Below are positions 17,804 through 26,429 of a DNA stretch of 64,000 nt, piece by piece. The notes under the pieces are model-generated. The model was not told the DNA's origin. It searched no databases and was given only the letters and a program-made list of their open reading frames with translations. Source of the DNA: a virus (taxonomy: Duplodnaviria > Caudoviricetes); IMG/VR virus record IMGVR_UViG_3300007961_000135, positions 1-64,000 of that record. One strand, given 5' to 3'. How positions within the stretch are numbered: position 1 is the stretch's first letter; every line of letters starts with the position of its first letter. Position numbers and translations under genes: made by a program.

Positions 17804-18514
17804 TTACCTATCGTCCGACGCCTTTCTAATCCATCTCAAAAGGCGCATTAAGTCATGATAACGACGCTCTCGCTCTTCAAATGATAAACGATCCTTCTGG
17901 TGTCGTTTCAAATAATCCACGTTTTTGCCTTGTTCGAAACGTGCCTGCTTTCTCTCTATAATGGCTCTTCGTCGTTCTGATAAATAAAAAGTATGTACAG
18001 AAGCAATAGCATAACAACCATAATAATCGTAGTGTAGAAGGTATCGTCCGAATCTTGCAACGTCGGACTGCAGACCTTTATCTGTTTTGTACCTCAAAAT
18101 ATAAGCTTTCGTGCGCTTTTCTCGGAAGTATTTTTCAAATAAGTCGAGGTATTCCGCCCAGCGATTAAGGCGGTCGAGAAATGACAGTTCTAAAAGGGTT
18201 AGATTGCATTCGATAAAGGCCGCTTCATCCTTTGGTATTTCGGCATAATAGAGCGACAAGACAACGCGGCACCGTTCAATAAATTCAAGGCCGAGTTCAA
18301 ACTCGCGCGTTCTGTCAAACAGTTGAGGCACAAAATTTACATACGGGTGAGAGAATAGTAATCTAATAATTTCTGATGGTGAAGCGGTTGACAAAGGAAG
18401 ATTTGCAAGAGGTAGAATTGCCGGCGCTTCATTATCTGAATCGGGAGCATAGTTCAATTCGCTTTTTCCTCCCGTATTTCGTGATAATCTACCAATAGTA
18501 ACAAATTTCGACAA
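17804..18514 (-). CDS. Hypothetical AT-rich moron protein
   Basis: 236 aa ORF between repressor and lipoprotein; TTG start without clear SD, start uncertain. Confidence 0.55.
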   Translation of the reverse strand: MSKFVTIGRLSRNTGGKSELNYAPDSDNEAPAILPLANLPLSTASPSEIIRLLFSHPYVNFVPQLFDRTREFELGLEFIERCRVVLSLYYAEIPKDEAAFIECNLTLLELSFLDRLNRWAEYLDLFEKYFREKRTKAYILRYKTDKGLQSDVARFGRYLLHYDYYGCYAIASVHTFYLSERRRAIIERKQARFEQGKNVDYLKRHQKDRLSFEERERRYHDLMRLLRWIRKASDDR

Positions 18515-18586
18515 ATTTTGTTTTGTTCATGTTATAATCTGGGAGCGTAATAACAGCCACGGCGCCGAGGCGGAAAGGATTAAGCC

Positions 18587-18736
18587 ATGTCAGAAATTGA
18601 CGACAAAATAATGAGGCTTTTTCAGCAGCTTGACGAAAAAGGCAAGTTGGAGTTTCTTACGGCTTTTGAGTCTGCTCTAAAAGAACAATCATTGCCTGCT
18701 TCGTGTCCTCCGTCGCCTGAGAAAGAAGTTCATTAA
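18587..18736 (+). CDS. 49-aa peptide antisense to the repressor 3' end
   Basis: MSEIDDKIMRLFQQLDEKGKLEFLTAF...; AAAGGA SD; extended -10 TGTTATAAT at 18530-18538. Confidence 0.45.
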   Translation: MSEIDDKIMRLFQQLDEKGKLEFLTAFESALKEQSLPASCPPSPEKEVH

Positions 18737-18977
18737 GCCGCTGATCCAGCGGATCAAGCCCATCCCCATTATTCGGGGGTGGGCTTTTTTCTTTTTCACG
18801 CCCTAAGAGATAATCAACAGATACATTAAAGTAATCCGCAAGGACACAAAGAGAGGCGGTGTCTGTTTCTCGTTTGCCGTTTTCGATGTTTGTGTATGCT
18901 CCACGAGTAACGCCTATAAGCTCCGCAATATCGGCCTGTGTTTTTCCGGCAGCCTTTCTTAGTTCTTTTAATCGCAT
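18657..18977 (-). CDS. CI-like XRE-family repressor
   Basis: 'LKELRKAAGKTQADIAELIGVTRGAYTNIENGKRE...LADYFNVSVDYLLGR'. Confidence 0.9.
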   Translation of the reverse strand: MRLKELRKAAGKTQADIAELIGVTRGAYTNIENGKRETDTASLCVLADYFNVSVDYLLGREKEKSPPPNNGDGLDPLDQRLNELLSQATEDTKQAMIVLLEQTQKP

Positions 18978-19002
18978 ATAGTATCACCTCCATAAATATA
19001 AT

Positions 19003-19116
19003 GCGTCATTTAGAAACAATCAAGATTATAGCATGATATGCGTCAAAAAGAAGCAAATATTTTAAAAACCTCTTGACAATGCGTCTATTAGACGCTAATA
19101 TGTTTCATAGAGACGC
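19003..19116. promoter_or_regulatory. Four operator boxes (GCGTC-N5-GACGC consensus) and rightward promoter
   Basis: GCGTCatttaGAAAC 19003, GCGTCaaaaaGAAGC 19040, GCGTCtattaGACGC 19081, GTTTCatagaGACGC 19102; TTGACA (19073)-17 bp-TAATAT (19096). Confidence 0.8.
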
Positions 19117-19134
19117 AGAGCGGGAGGTGATAAT

Positions 19135-19338
19135 ATGAATTTGTCTGAAAAGCGCAAAGAAGCTGGGTTGAAGCAGGAGGAAGTCGCCGAAATTATCGGA
19201 GTATCGAGAGCCGCTTATTCAAATATTGAAATTGGCAGAAGACGCCCCAGCGTTAGCACGGCAAAAAGAATTGCCGCCTTGTTAGGCTTCGACTGGACAG
19301 AGTTTTACGACGACGAACAGACCGCAGACAGCGCGTGA
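19135..19338 (+). CDS. Cro-like XRE HTH protein
   Basis: HTH 'QEEVAEIIGVSRAAYSNIEIGRRRPS'; divergent from CI; GGGAGGTG SD. Confidence 0.88.
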   Translation: MNLSEKRKEAGLKQEEVAEIIGVSRAAYSNIEIGRRRPSVSTAKRIAALLGFDWTEFYDDEQTADSA

Positions 19339-19352
19339 AAGGAGTGGAAGGT

Positions 19353-19541
19353 GTGAAAATCGAGGCTACACCAAAAGAAATTGCCGCCCTTGTAATGGCA
19401 CTACAAGAACGGCAATCCACAAGTCAGGTTTTTGGGCCACAAACCGATATCATTCTACGGACCCCACAGAAAAACCTATCACAGAAGATAGAGGAACTAC
19501 AAGCGCATTTGCGTGAATCTCTTTGCCCCCATAAGGGATAA
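19353..19541 (+). CDS. Small early hypothetical protein (may be a by-product of an opposite-strand terminator)
   Basis: GTG start 'MKIEATPKEIAALVMALQERQ'; overlaps a leftward gene and a hairpin. Confidence 0.4.
   Translation: MKIEATPKEIAALVMALQERQSTSQVFGPQTDIILRTPQKNLSQKIEELQAHLRESLCPHKG
19373..19415 (-). terminator. Leftward intrinsic terminator
   Basis: 14-bp stem TTGCCGTTCTTGTA/TACAAGGGCGGCAA that needs G-U pairs available only on the minus strand, followed by TTTCTTTT. Confidence 0.7.
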
Positions 19542-19833
19542 TCACAGCTTCTTTGCAATACAAGAATTCTTCTTCATCGATTTCCGGTGGCAGTTCTTTT
19601 GGGAGATCCAGCGAGAGCGCAAAGTCAAGTAGAGAAAAACTCCACGAGTTCTCTTCTTGAACAAGAAGTTCCTCTTTCGTTGGAAGTCCGGCCGATGAAC
19701 ACACGATGATTCCAGCGGCAGTATAAAGCAATAGTTTTCGATCTGCCGTAATTGACTGATGAAGATTTGAAAGATCCATTTTCTGCACAGCTTGCAGTCG
19801 CACAATCAGTTCCTCACGCGACATTCTAAACAT
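19450..19833 (-). CDS. Leftward moron gene inside the early operon
   Basis: AGGAGGTG SD; own promoter TTGCGT (19880-19885)-18 bp-TAAAAT (19856-19861); terminator downstream. Confidence 0.7.
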   Translation of the reverse strand: MFRMSREELIVRLQAVQKMDLSNLHQSITADRKLLLYTAAGIIVCSSAGLPTKEELLVQEENSWSFSLLDFALSLDLPKELPPEIDEEEFLYCKEAVIIPYGGKEIHANALVVPLSSVIGFSVGSVE

Positions 19834-19904
19834 TTTCTCACCTCCTTTCGCCGATATTTTACCACGGCGAGCGGGAGGGACGCAATTGTAAAGGAAGTGA
19901 CAAC

Positions 19905-20123
19905 ATGACCGAGGCAGCAGTTTACCAGCACCCGGACATAGGCAATATCGTCGAGGAAATCCATATAGACACGTCCCTCATTCCCCCTTGGACACGGGAT
20001 AATCTTTGCCGTGACGTGCTGGGCCTGGTGCGTAAAATCCGTAAGGACCCCGAACTGAGCCGAAAGCTCGACGAGCGTATAGCGGCCGCCCGTGAAGCGG
20101 CCAAGACCGCAACTGAAAAATAG
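19905..20123 (+). CDS. Hypothetical early protein
   Basis: AAGGAAGTG SD, 72 aa. Confidence 0.65.
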   Translation: MTEAAVYQHPDIGNIVEEIHIDTSLIPPWTRDNLCRDVLGLVRKIRKDPELSRKLDERIAAAREAAKTATEK

Positions 20124-20227
20124 AAATGCCCCGCCGGGTGCTGGAACACCCGATCGGGGCTGTGCACGACCTATCGAGAGTAGGCCGGACACGAGGATAG
20201 TGTATCACGCCTCCTGCCGGCTTGCAA
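20116..20227 (-). ncRNA. Putative antisense sRNA cassette 1 (promoter plus terminator, about 75 nt)
   Basis: TTGCAA (20222-20227)-17 bp-TACACT (20199-20204); hairpin 20128-20160 then U-rich run on the minus strand. Confidence 0.5.
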
Positions 20228-20256
20228 TATAAATCAGCAACCAGGAGGAATTTTTT

Positions 20257-20526
20257 ATGGAAGAAAAAACAATCAACCGCAACGAGGCTCTGGCCGCACT
20301 CGCAGAGCACTACCGCCGCCATTACGACAGGTGGGAGGTGCTCATGCTGGAGGCCAAGCGGTCTTTGAGCGGAGATGATGACCGGGAGGCGTTCAAGGCT
20401 ATTATGCGTCTCGGACAGCGCAAATCCGCCTACATGGACGGCATCAAGGACGCCGCCGAGCTGGTGGGTATCTCGCCCGAAGAATTTATGGTCGCAGTAA
20501 ACGCGGACAGAGACAAGGGCGATTAA
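20257..20526 (+). CDS. Hypothetical early protein
   Basis: AGGAGG SD, 89 aa. Confidence 0.7.
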   Translation: MEEKTINRNEALAALAEHYRRHYDRWEVLMLEAKRSLSGDDDREAFKAIMRLGQRKSAYMDGIKDAAELVGISPEEFMVAVNADRDKGD

Positions 20527-20528
20527 CC

Positions 20529-21467
20529 GTGGCACGGGCAACACGCTTCCTGAAAGAGAGTCAGACGGAATTTGCCAAGGCGTTCCGGCCTCTCGGTGAA
20601 CGGTACAGCTCTTGGAAGGTATGGGCGGACTTCGTTGCTCTTGCTGCTATCGCCATTGCCAACCGTTTCGGAGACCCCGACGACAAGCGCCACCAGGAGC
20701 GGGAAAAGGAATACCTCAACATCATGAAGCGGTACACTTCGCAGGAGCAGGAGGTTTTTCCGACACTCTTTTCAATGACCGTTAAAGCCCTGGATGACAA
20801 TCCGGAGCAAGACTATCTCGGCGAAATGTTCATGGGTTTGGAGCTTGGGAACCATTGGACGGGTCAGTTTTTTACCCCCTATCATGTCTGCCAGCTCATG
20901 GCCGCCATTTCAATGGAAGATGTTGAGGCAAAGATCGAACGGCAAGGCTGGATAGGAATCATGGATTGCGCCTGCGGCGCCGGCGCGCTGCTGATAGCCG
21001 CAAGGAACCACTTTTACCTTGCAAACCCGCCGATAGGATACCTTCCCGCGCACCTGCACACGCTCTTTGTATGTCAGGATGTTGACCGCACGGCGGCGCT
21101 CATGTGCTACATTCAGCTTTCCCTTTTGGGCTGTGCCGGCTATGTGGTCGTCGGCAACTCGATTACAAACCCCACCATCAGCCTCAACGGGAATCCCGTA
21201 CTCCCCATTGAGAAAGAGGGACAGGAAATCTGGTGTATGCCGATGTTCCACGACCAGGTTTGGGTCATGCGTCAGGCGTTTGCCAGAATGGACGGACTTG
21301 TCCGGGCGGCGGCGCCGGCGGAAGTGTCCGAACCGAAAGCCCTTAACAGAGCCAAAAAAGCCGAGTTAACCCCGAAAATGTGCAAAGATGTGCAAGATTT
21401 GCACGTTAAGGAGCAAAAAGTCGCGGAGTTAAATGTGACCGCGACCGGACAGCTCACACTATTCTGA
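20529..21467 (+). CDS. N6-MTase-like SAM-binding protein lacking catalytic motif IV; C-terminal clamp-binding motif
   Basis: 'GQFFTP', 'DCACGAG', 'QDVD' present; no (N/D)PP(Y/F) downstream; ends GQLTLF. Confidence 0.75.
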   Translation: MARATRFLKESQTEFAKAFRPLGERYSSWKVWADFVALAAIAIANRFGDPDDKRHQEREKEYLNIMKRYTSQEQEVFPTLFSMTVKALDDNPEQDYLGEMFMGLELGNHWTGQFFTPYHVCQLMAAISMEDVEAKIERQGWIGIMDCACGAGALLIAARNHFYLANPPIGYLPAHLHTLFVCQDVDRTAALMCYIQLSLLGCAGYVVVGNSITNPTISLNGNPVLPIEKEGQEIWCMPMFHDQVWVMRQAFARMDGLVRAAAPAEVSEPKALNRAKKAELTPKMCKDVQDLHVKEQKVAELNVTATGQLTLF

Positions 21468-21475
21468 AAGGAGAA

Positions 21476-21874
21476 ATGACAATGATTATCAGTGTACAGT
21501 TCAAATACAAGAAGTTCGACACCTACGGAGGCCGGAAATACTCCTACTTCTGCGATATCGACGGCGTGAAGGTCGGAGATCTGGTAAATGTGCCGGCAGG
21601 CAAGGGCGAAGGCGTTGCCCGGGTGACGGATATAAACGTCCCGGAGGAAAGCATTTACCCGGCAATCAGAAAAATCATGAAGTCGGTGATCTCCATAGCG
21701 GAGGATCCGGCACCGTGTGATAAGCGCAGCTGTGAAACCTGTGACGAACTCACACCAATTGGAGAGGGCGACCATATTTGCGGGGCTGATCCTCACAAAA
21801 TGCCTATCTGCGAGTATTCCCCCTCTGACGAATACCTCTGGTGCAAGGGCACGTATTACAGGAGGAAAACATGA
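21476..21874 (+). CDS. Hypothetical early protein with C-terminal Cys cluster
   Basis: AAAGGAG SD; 'YSYF...VKVGDLVNVP' beta-barrel-like start. Confidence 0.7.
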   Translation: MTMIISVQFKYKKFDTYGGRKYSYFCDIDGVKVGDLVNVPAGKGEGVARVTDINVPEESIYPAIRKIMKSVISIAEDPAPCDKRSCETCDELTPIGEGDHICGADPHKMPICEYSPSDEYLWCKGTYYRRKT

Positions 21875-21963
21875 TGTATCGGGAATGCCCGGCTTGCGGG
21901 CTACACCTCGACCCGGGCGAAAAATGCGATTGTCAGGAAGAAAGGGTGAGAACCAGTAAATGA
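21871..21963 (+). CDS. 30-aa Cys-rich micro-protein
   Basis: MMYRECPACGLHLDPGEKCDC...; AGGAGG SD; ATGA overlap. Confidence 0.65.
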   Translation: MMYRECPACGLHLDPGEKCDCQEERVRTSK

Positions 21964-21981
21964 AACGGCGGTTTTTGGGAC

Positions 21982-22059
21982 AAAAAAAGAGGAGCCGACG
22001 CGAACGCCGACCCCCTAGGGAACAAGCCCATTGTACCGCAGATGTTCAGTAGAAGTCAA
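21982..22059 (-). ncRNA. Putative antisense cassette 2 (promoter plus terminator, about 40 nt)
   Basis: TTGACT (22054-22059)-18 bp-TACAAT (22030-22035); minus-strand stem GGGGTCGGCG-TTCG-CGTCGGCTCC plus T7. Confidence 0.55.
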
Positions 22060-22085
22060 GACAGAACGAACACAAGGAGGAATAT

Positions 22086-24059
22086 ATGATACTTCAATCC
22101 ATGACCCTGACGAACTTTCAGGGGATCCGGGACCTGCACCTGGATTTCAACGGGAAAAGCGGTTCGATCTACGGTACGAACGGGGCAGGCAAGACCACCG
22201 TATACAACGCTTTCACCTGGCTGCTGTTCGACAAGGCCAGCACCGGCGCCAAAAACTTCACCCCCAAGACCAAGGGTCCTGACGGCGACCTCCACAATCT
22301 CGATCACAGCGCCGAGGCCGCATTCATCATGCAGACGGGCGAAACCGCCACCTTCAAGAAGGTGTATCACGAGGTCTGGAAGAAGAAGCGCGGCAGCTCT
22401 GCCGAGGAGTTTGACGGTCACACCGTTGACTATTACATCGACGGCGTGCCGATGAAGGAGAAGCAGTACACCGAAACGCTTCAAAACTACTGCGGCGGTA
22501 TCGAACGCATGAAGATACTCACCATGCCGGATTACTTCGCCGAGGTCCTCCCCTGGGACGAGCGCCGGAAGATACTTATTGACCTTTGCGGAGATGTGAC
22601 CGACGTGGACGTTATACGTTCCAGTGACACTCTGAAAGACATCGACGCCTATCTCCGAAAGCCCGGCACCGCAGACCAGTTTTACTCCGTGGAGGAGTAC
22701 AAGAAAATCGCCTCCGTCAGAAAGGGCGAAATCAACAAACAGCTCCAGGCCCTTCCCGGGCGCATAGACGAGGCCCGGAGGGCCGTACTGGAAGCGGATG
22801 GGCTGACTTTCCCTCAGATACAGGAGCGAATAGAAAAGCTTGCCAAGCAGCGCCAGCAGCTTATGGAGCACCGCGCCGGCCTGCTTAATAGCGGCACCGC
22901 AGTCACAGAGGCCAAAAAGAAGACCGCCGAAGCGGAAGCGGCGCTCAACGAGGCACGGAACGCATACCTTTCCTCGTCCGGAAACGCGAATGCCGAGATA
23001 ATCGAGGAAATCTCCAATCTTCAAGCGCTCCTTGGTAAGTCGAGGAACCAGGCTGCCGAATTGAGGCAGCAGGCCTCAGAGCTTCGGAGGGCTGCTGACC
23101 GTATGACAGACCAGCGGCAGGCGCTTCTCCTGGACTATGCCGAAACGCAGGCTCTTGTGTGGGACGAAGCACAGGAGACATGCCCCGCGTGCGGTCAGCG
23201 CCTCCCGGCGGATCGTATCGACGAGCTGAAAAGTGCTTTTAACCAACACCGAAGCGACCGACTTATGGCCATTAACGTGCGCGGTCAAGCCGAATGCAGC
23301 TCGTCCATGATAGAAGACGCTATTTCCCAGGCTGAAAAGGCAGAGCGCATTGCCGAGGCAAACGATACCGAAGTCAAGATAACGCAGGAGCGTATCAAGG
23401 GACTTAATGACAGACTCTCCGAACAGCCGAAATTTGAGCTGACTGAGGAATACTTTACCCTCAGTAAAAACGTCACTCTCGCCCGTATGGCCGAGAAAGA
23501 GGCCAAAGAGGTCAATGTTCCAGACACCTCGGTCATTGACCGGCAGATACTCGACCTGGGTGAAGCTCTTGACGAGGCCCAGCAGATGAAATCACGAATT
23601 GAGCTGGCCAATGCCCAGCAGCGCCGTATTGCCGAGCTCGAAGACCAAGAAAAGCAAATGGGCGCCGAATATGAGACGCTTGAATATGGCATATGGCTCT
23701 GTGACGAGTTCACCAAGGCAAAGGTCAAAATGCTCACCAGCCGTATAGACGGCAAGTTTGAAAACGTGCGCTTCCGGCTGTTCCAGGAGCAGTTAAACGG
23801 CGGAGTCAAGGACGATTGCGAGGCCCTGGTTCCCAATGATGAAGGAGTTCTGGTGCCGTATCGGGACGCAAATACCGCCGGATGTGTCAATGCGGGGCTG
23901 GAGATTATCGAGGTTCTCTCTAACCACTGGAATATGAAAATGCCTGTGTTTGTGGACAATGCGGAGCGGATCGTCGAGCTTTTACAGACGAACACGCAGG
24001 TGATCCGGTTTGAGGTGTCTAAGGCAGACAAGGAACTGAGGCTATCGCTTGATGGGTAA
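22086..24059 (+). CDS. SbcC/Rad50-like AAA ATPase with coiled coil
   Basis: Walker A GTNGAGKT, central CPAC, Walker B VFVDNAE. Confidence 0.85.
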   Translation: MILQSMTLTNFQGIRDLHLDFNGKSGSIYGTNGAGKTTVYNAFTWLLFDKASTGAKNFTPKTKGPDGDLHNLDHSAEAAFIMQTGETATFKKVYHEVWKKKRGSSAEEFDGHTVDYYIDGVPMKEKQYTETLQNYCGGIERMKILTMPDYFAEVLPWDERRKILIDLCGDVTDVDVIRSSDTLKDIDAYLRKPGTADQFYSVEEYKKIASVRKGEINKQLQALPGRIDEARRAVLEADGLTFPQIQERIEKLAKQRQQLMEHRAGLLNSGTAVTEAKKKTAEAEAALNEARNAYLSSSGNANAEIIEEISNLQALLGKSRNQAAELRQQASELRRAADRMTDQRQALLLDYAETQALVWDEAQETCPACGQRLPADRIDELKSAFNQHRSDRLMAINVRGQAECSSSMIEDAISQAEKAERIAEANDTEVKITQERIKGLNDRLSEQPKFELTEEYFTLSKNVTLARMAEKEAKEVNVPDTSVIDRQILDLGEALDEAQQMKSRIELANAQQRRIAELEDQEKQMGAEYETLEYGIWLCDEFTKAKVKMLTSRIDGKFENVRFRLFQEQLNGGVKDDCEALVPNDEGVLVPYRDANTAGCVNAGLEIIEVLSNHWNMKMPVFVDNAERIVELLQTNTQVIRFEVSKADKELRLSLDG

Positions 24060-24546
24060 GGAAGAAAACCTCTCCGGCAGACGGTTCGGACGTCTCACAG
24101 TCAAAGAAATCGCCGGAAAAATCGGGAAAAAGACATTATGGCGTTGTCTTTGTGACTGCGGACGCTCGACAGTTGTAAGGGCCGATCAGCTTAAAAGCGG
24201 AAATACAAGAAGCTGTGGCTGTCTCAGCAAGGATATTGCAAGGGCCACTTTTACAACGCACGGAAAATCCCAGCACATGAAATTATATAAAGTTTGGACA
24301 TCTATGAAACAACGATGTTCTAACCCAAACAGCCAGAATTATCATCGGTATGGAGGGAGAGGCATCACAGTTTGCCGGGAATGGATCGACAGCTTTGAAC
24401 GGTTTTACGATTGGGCCCTTGCATCAGGGTATCGAGAAGGCCTCGAAATCGACAGAATAGACAACAATGGCGGTTATTCCCCGGGAAACTGCCACTGGGT
24501 CACCCATAAAGTCAACGCAAATAATCGTGAAAACAACAGGAGGTAA
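24049..24546 (+). CDS. Phage HNH homing-type endonuclease
   Basis: 'WRCLCDCG', 'SCGC', 'YGGRGITVC', 'EIDRIDNNGGYSPGNCHW'. Confidence 0.85.
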   Translation: MMGKEENLSGRRFGRLTVKEIAGKIGKKTLWRCLCDCGRSTVVRADQLKSGNTRSCGCLSKDIARATFTTHGKSQHMKLYKVWTSMKQRCSNPNSQNYHRYGGRGITVCREWIDSFERFYDWALASGYREGLEIDRIDNNGGYSPGNCHWVTHKVNANNRENNRR

Positions 24547-24551
24547 AAATC

Positions 24552-25598
24552 ATGGCTACCAACAGCACAGCTCCCCAGACAACCGAAGTATCCCCCGTAA
24601 TTCCGGATACTGCCGCCGCAGCCCCCGCTAAGGCTACTCCCAGCGAGAGGTTTACACAACTCGTCATGAAGCAGTTCGGCGGGGCCGTCGGAGCCCCGGA
24701 GGTGACGGACTTCCAGAAGAGGCTGATTCAGGGATATTTCATTGCGATTGATCGCGCTCTCAAAACAGCGGAAGAAGAAAGGCTCAGAAAGAACAGCACC
24801 AATAAAAGCCGCGAGTATGACAATCTTCTGCCCGTAACCTGGGACAACGTCAACGCGCTCGATCTTGCCTTGGACGTCGTACACTATGCCCGCATGGGCC
24901 TGGATATGATGCAGGATAATCACCTGTTCCCCATTCCATTCAAAAATAACAAAACGAACAAGTACGACGTAAATCTGATGAAGGGCTACAACGGAATCAG
25001 CTACATCGCCCTTAAATACGCGCTCGAAAGTCCGATAGCTGTTACGACAGAGCTGGTTTACAGCACCGACACCTTTAAGCCCATCAAAAAGGGCCTCGAT
25101 AATCATGTGGACAGCTATCAGTTTATCATCAACGACCCCTTTAATCGCGGCACCGTCGTCGGCGGGTTTGGGTACATCGAGTATAACGACCCCACCAAAA
25201 ACAAGCTGATAATCATGACCCGCAAGGACATTGAGAAGCGCAAGCCCCGGTACGCATCCCCCAATTTTTGGGGTGGAAAGGCCTCGGAGTGGAAAACCGG
25301 CGAAGACGGCAAGCGGTATAAGACCGAGGTCGAGATTGAAGGCTGGTTTGACGAAATGTGCCTCAAAACCGTCATCCGAGAAGTTTACAGCCCCAAGCAC
25401 ATCAAGCTTGACCCCATGAAAATCGACGAGAACTACCAATACATGAAGCTCCGCGAGGCCCAGATCGCTGAAATGCAGGCCAATGAAGAGGTTGATATCT
25501 ATGCAAATGGTGACGTCATAGACACATCGCCCGAATTAGCCCCCAGCGCCTCCGCAGCTCTGCCGTCTGCCTCTACGGGGTATCAGGTAAACGCCTGA
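24552..25598 (+). CDS. recT: RecT/Redbeta-like single-strand annealing protein (C-terminal tail frameshifted, likely true end 25710)
   Basis: 'GYNGISYIA', 'GGFGYIEY', 'WFDEMCLKT'; lies next to ATPase and nuclease; +1 frame continues PDTGEATE...GGPNF* to a TGATG overlap with the next gene. Confidence 0.8.
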   Translation: MATNSTAPQTTEVSPVIPDTAAAAPAKATPSERFTQLVMKQFGGAVGAPEVTDFQKRLIQGYFIAIDRALKTAEEERLRKNSTNKSREYDNLLPVTWDNVNALDLALDVVHYARMGLDMMQDNHLFPIPFKNNKTNKYDVNLMKGYNGISYIALKYALESPIAVTTELVYSTDTFKPIKKGLDNHVDSYQFIINDPFNRGTVVGGFGYIEYNDPTKNKLIIMTRKDIEKRKPRYASPNFWGGKASEWKTGEDGKRYKTEVEIEGWFDEMCLKTVIREVYSPKHIKLDPMKIDENYQYMKLREAQIAEMQANEEVDIYANGDVIDTSPELAPSASAALPSASTGYQVNA

Positions 25599-25709
25599 TA
25601 CTGGGGAAGCAACCGAGGCCGCAGAGAGCCGCACAGAGTCCGCAGCGGCAACGCCGACGCCTTTTGCTGGCGAAGCACAGCAGACCACCATGGGAGGTCC
25701 TAACTTCTG

Positions 25710-26411
25710 ATGGACATAAAGATACTCGCTTCCGGAAGCGACGGAAACGCTTACACAATTTCAGACGGCACTACTGCCCTTTTGCTGGACGCGGGTATTC
25801 CCTTGAAGGAGTTGCAGATAAGGACAGGCTTCAAGATCCGCCAGTTGGCCGCTTCCTTTGTTACCCACGAGCATAAGGACCACAGCAAGGCTATGAAGGA
25901 TCTGGGACACCTCGGAGTCGATGTCTATGCCAGCAGAGGAACAATGGAAGCGTGTGGCCTTTCCGGCCACCGCTTCCACAGCATAAAAGCGCTGGAGGAA
26001 TTTGACGTGGGGAGCTTCCGCATTTTGCCGTTTGACGTTGAGCACGACGCAGCGGAACCATTGGGCTTTCTGTTTGCCAGCAAGACCACCGGCGAAAAGC
26101 TCCTGTATTTCACAGACACCTATTATGTGCGTTACCGATTCCAAGGGCTCACTCATATCATGGCCGAATGTAACTATACTGAGGCCGGCATATGGGACAG
26201 CGTCAACGAAGGGCGTATCCCCGTCGAACTTGTTCCCCGCCTTGTCCGTTCTCACATGAGCATGGAGCACCTGCTGGACATGCTCAGGGCCAACGATATG
26301 AGTGCGGTACGGCAGATATATCTTCTGCACCTCAGCGATAACAACAGCGAAGCGCAGAAAATGAAAGAGGCTGTCCAGCGTCAGACCGGCGTCGAGGTCT
26401 ATCTTAGCTGA
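25710..26411 (+). CDS. Metallo-beta-lactamase-fold (YycJ-like) nuclease
   Basis: 'LASGSDGN', THEHKDH, 'LLHLS'. Confidence 0.88.
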   Translation: MDIKILASGSDGNAYTISDGTTALLLDAGIPLKELQIRTGFKIRQLAASFVTHEHKDHSKAMKDLGHLGVDVYASRGTMEACGLSGHRFHSIKALEEFDVGSFRILPFDVEHDAAEPLGFLFASKTTGEKLLYFTDTYYVRYRFQGLTHIMAECNYTEAGIWDSVNEGRIPVELVPRLVRSHMSMEHLLDMLRANDMSAVRQIYLLHLSDNNSEAQKMKEAVQRQTGVEVYLS

Positions 26412-26429
26412 AAGGGGTGTGCATGCAGA

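Noticed and set aside
21020-21040. 'ANPPI' in the early MTase-like protein as catalytic motif IV
   Set aside because: It lies between motifs I and II, the wrong position for this motif order, and lacks the aromatic residue.
24049-24546. HNH gene as part of a novel recombination system
   Set aside because: Matches the common free-standing phage homing HNH type; nothing ties it functionally to RecT beyond position.
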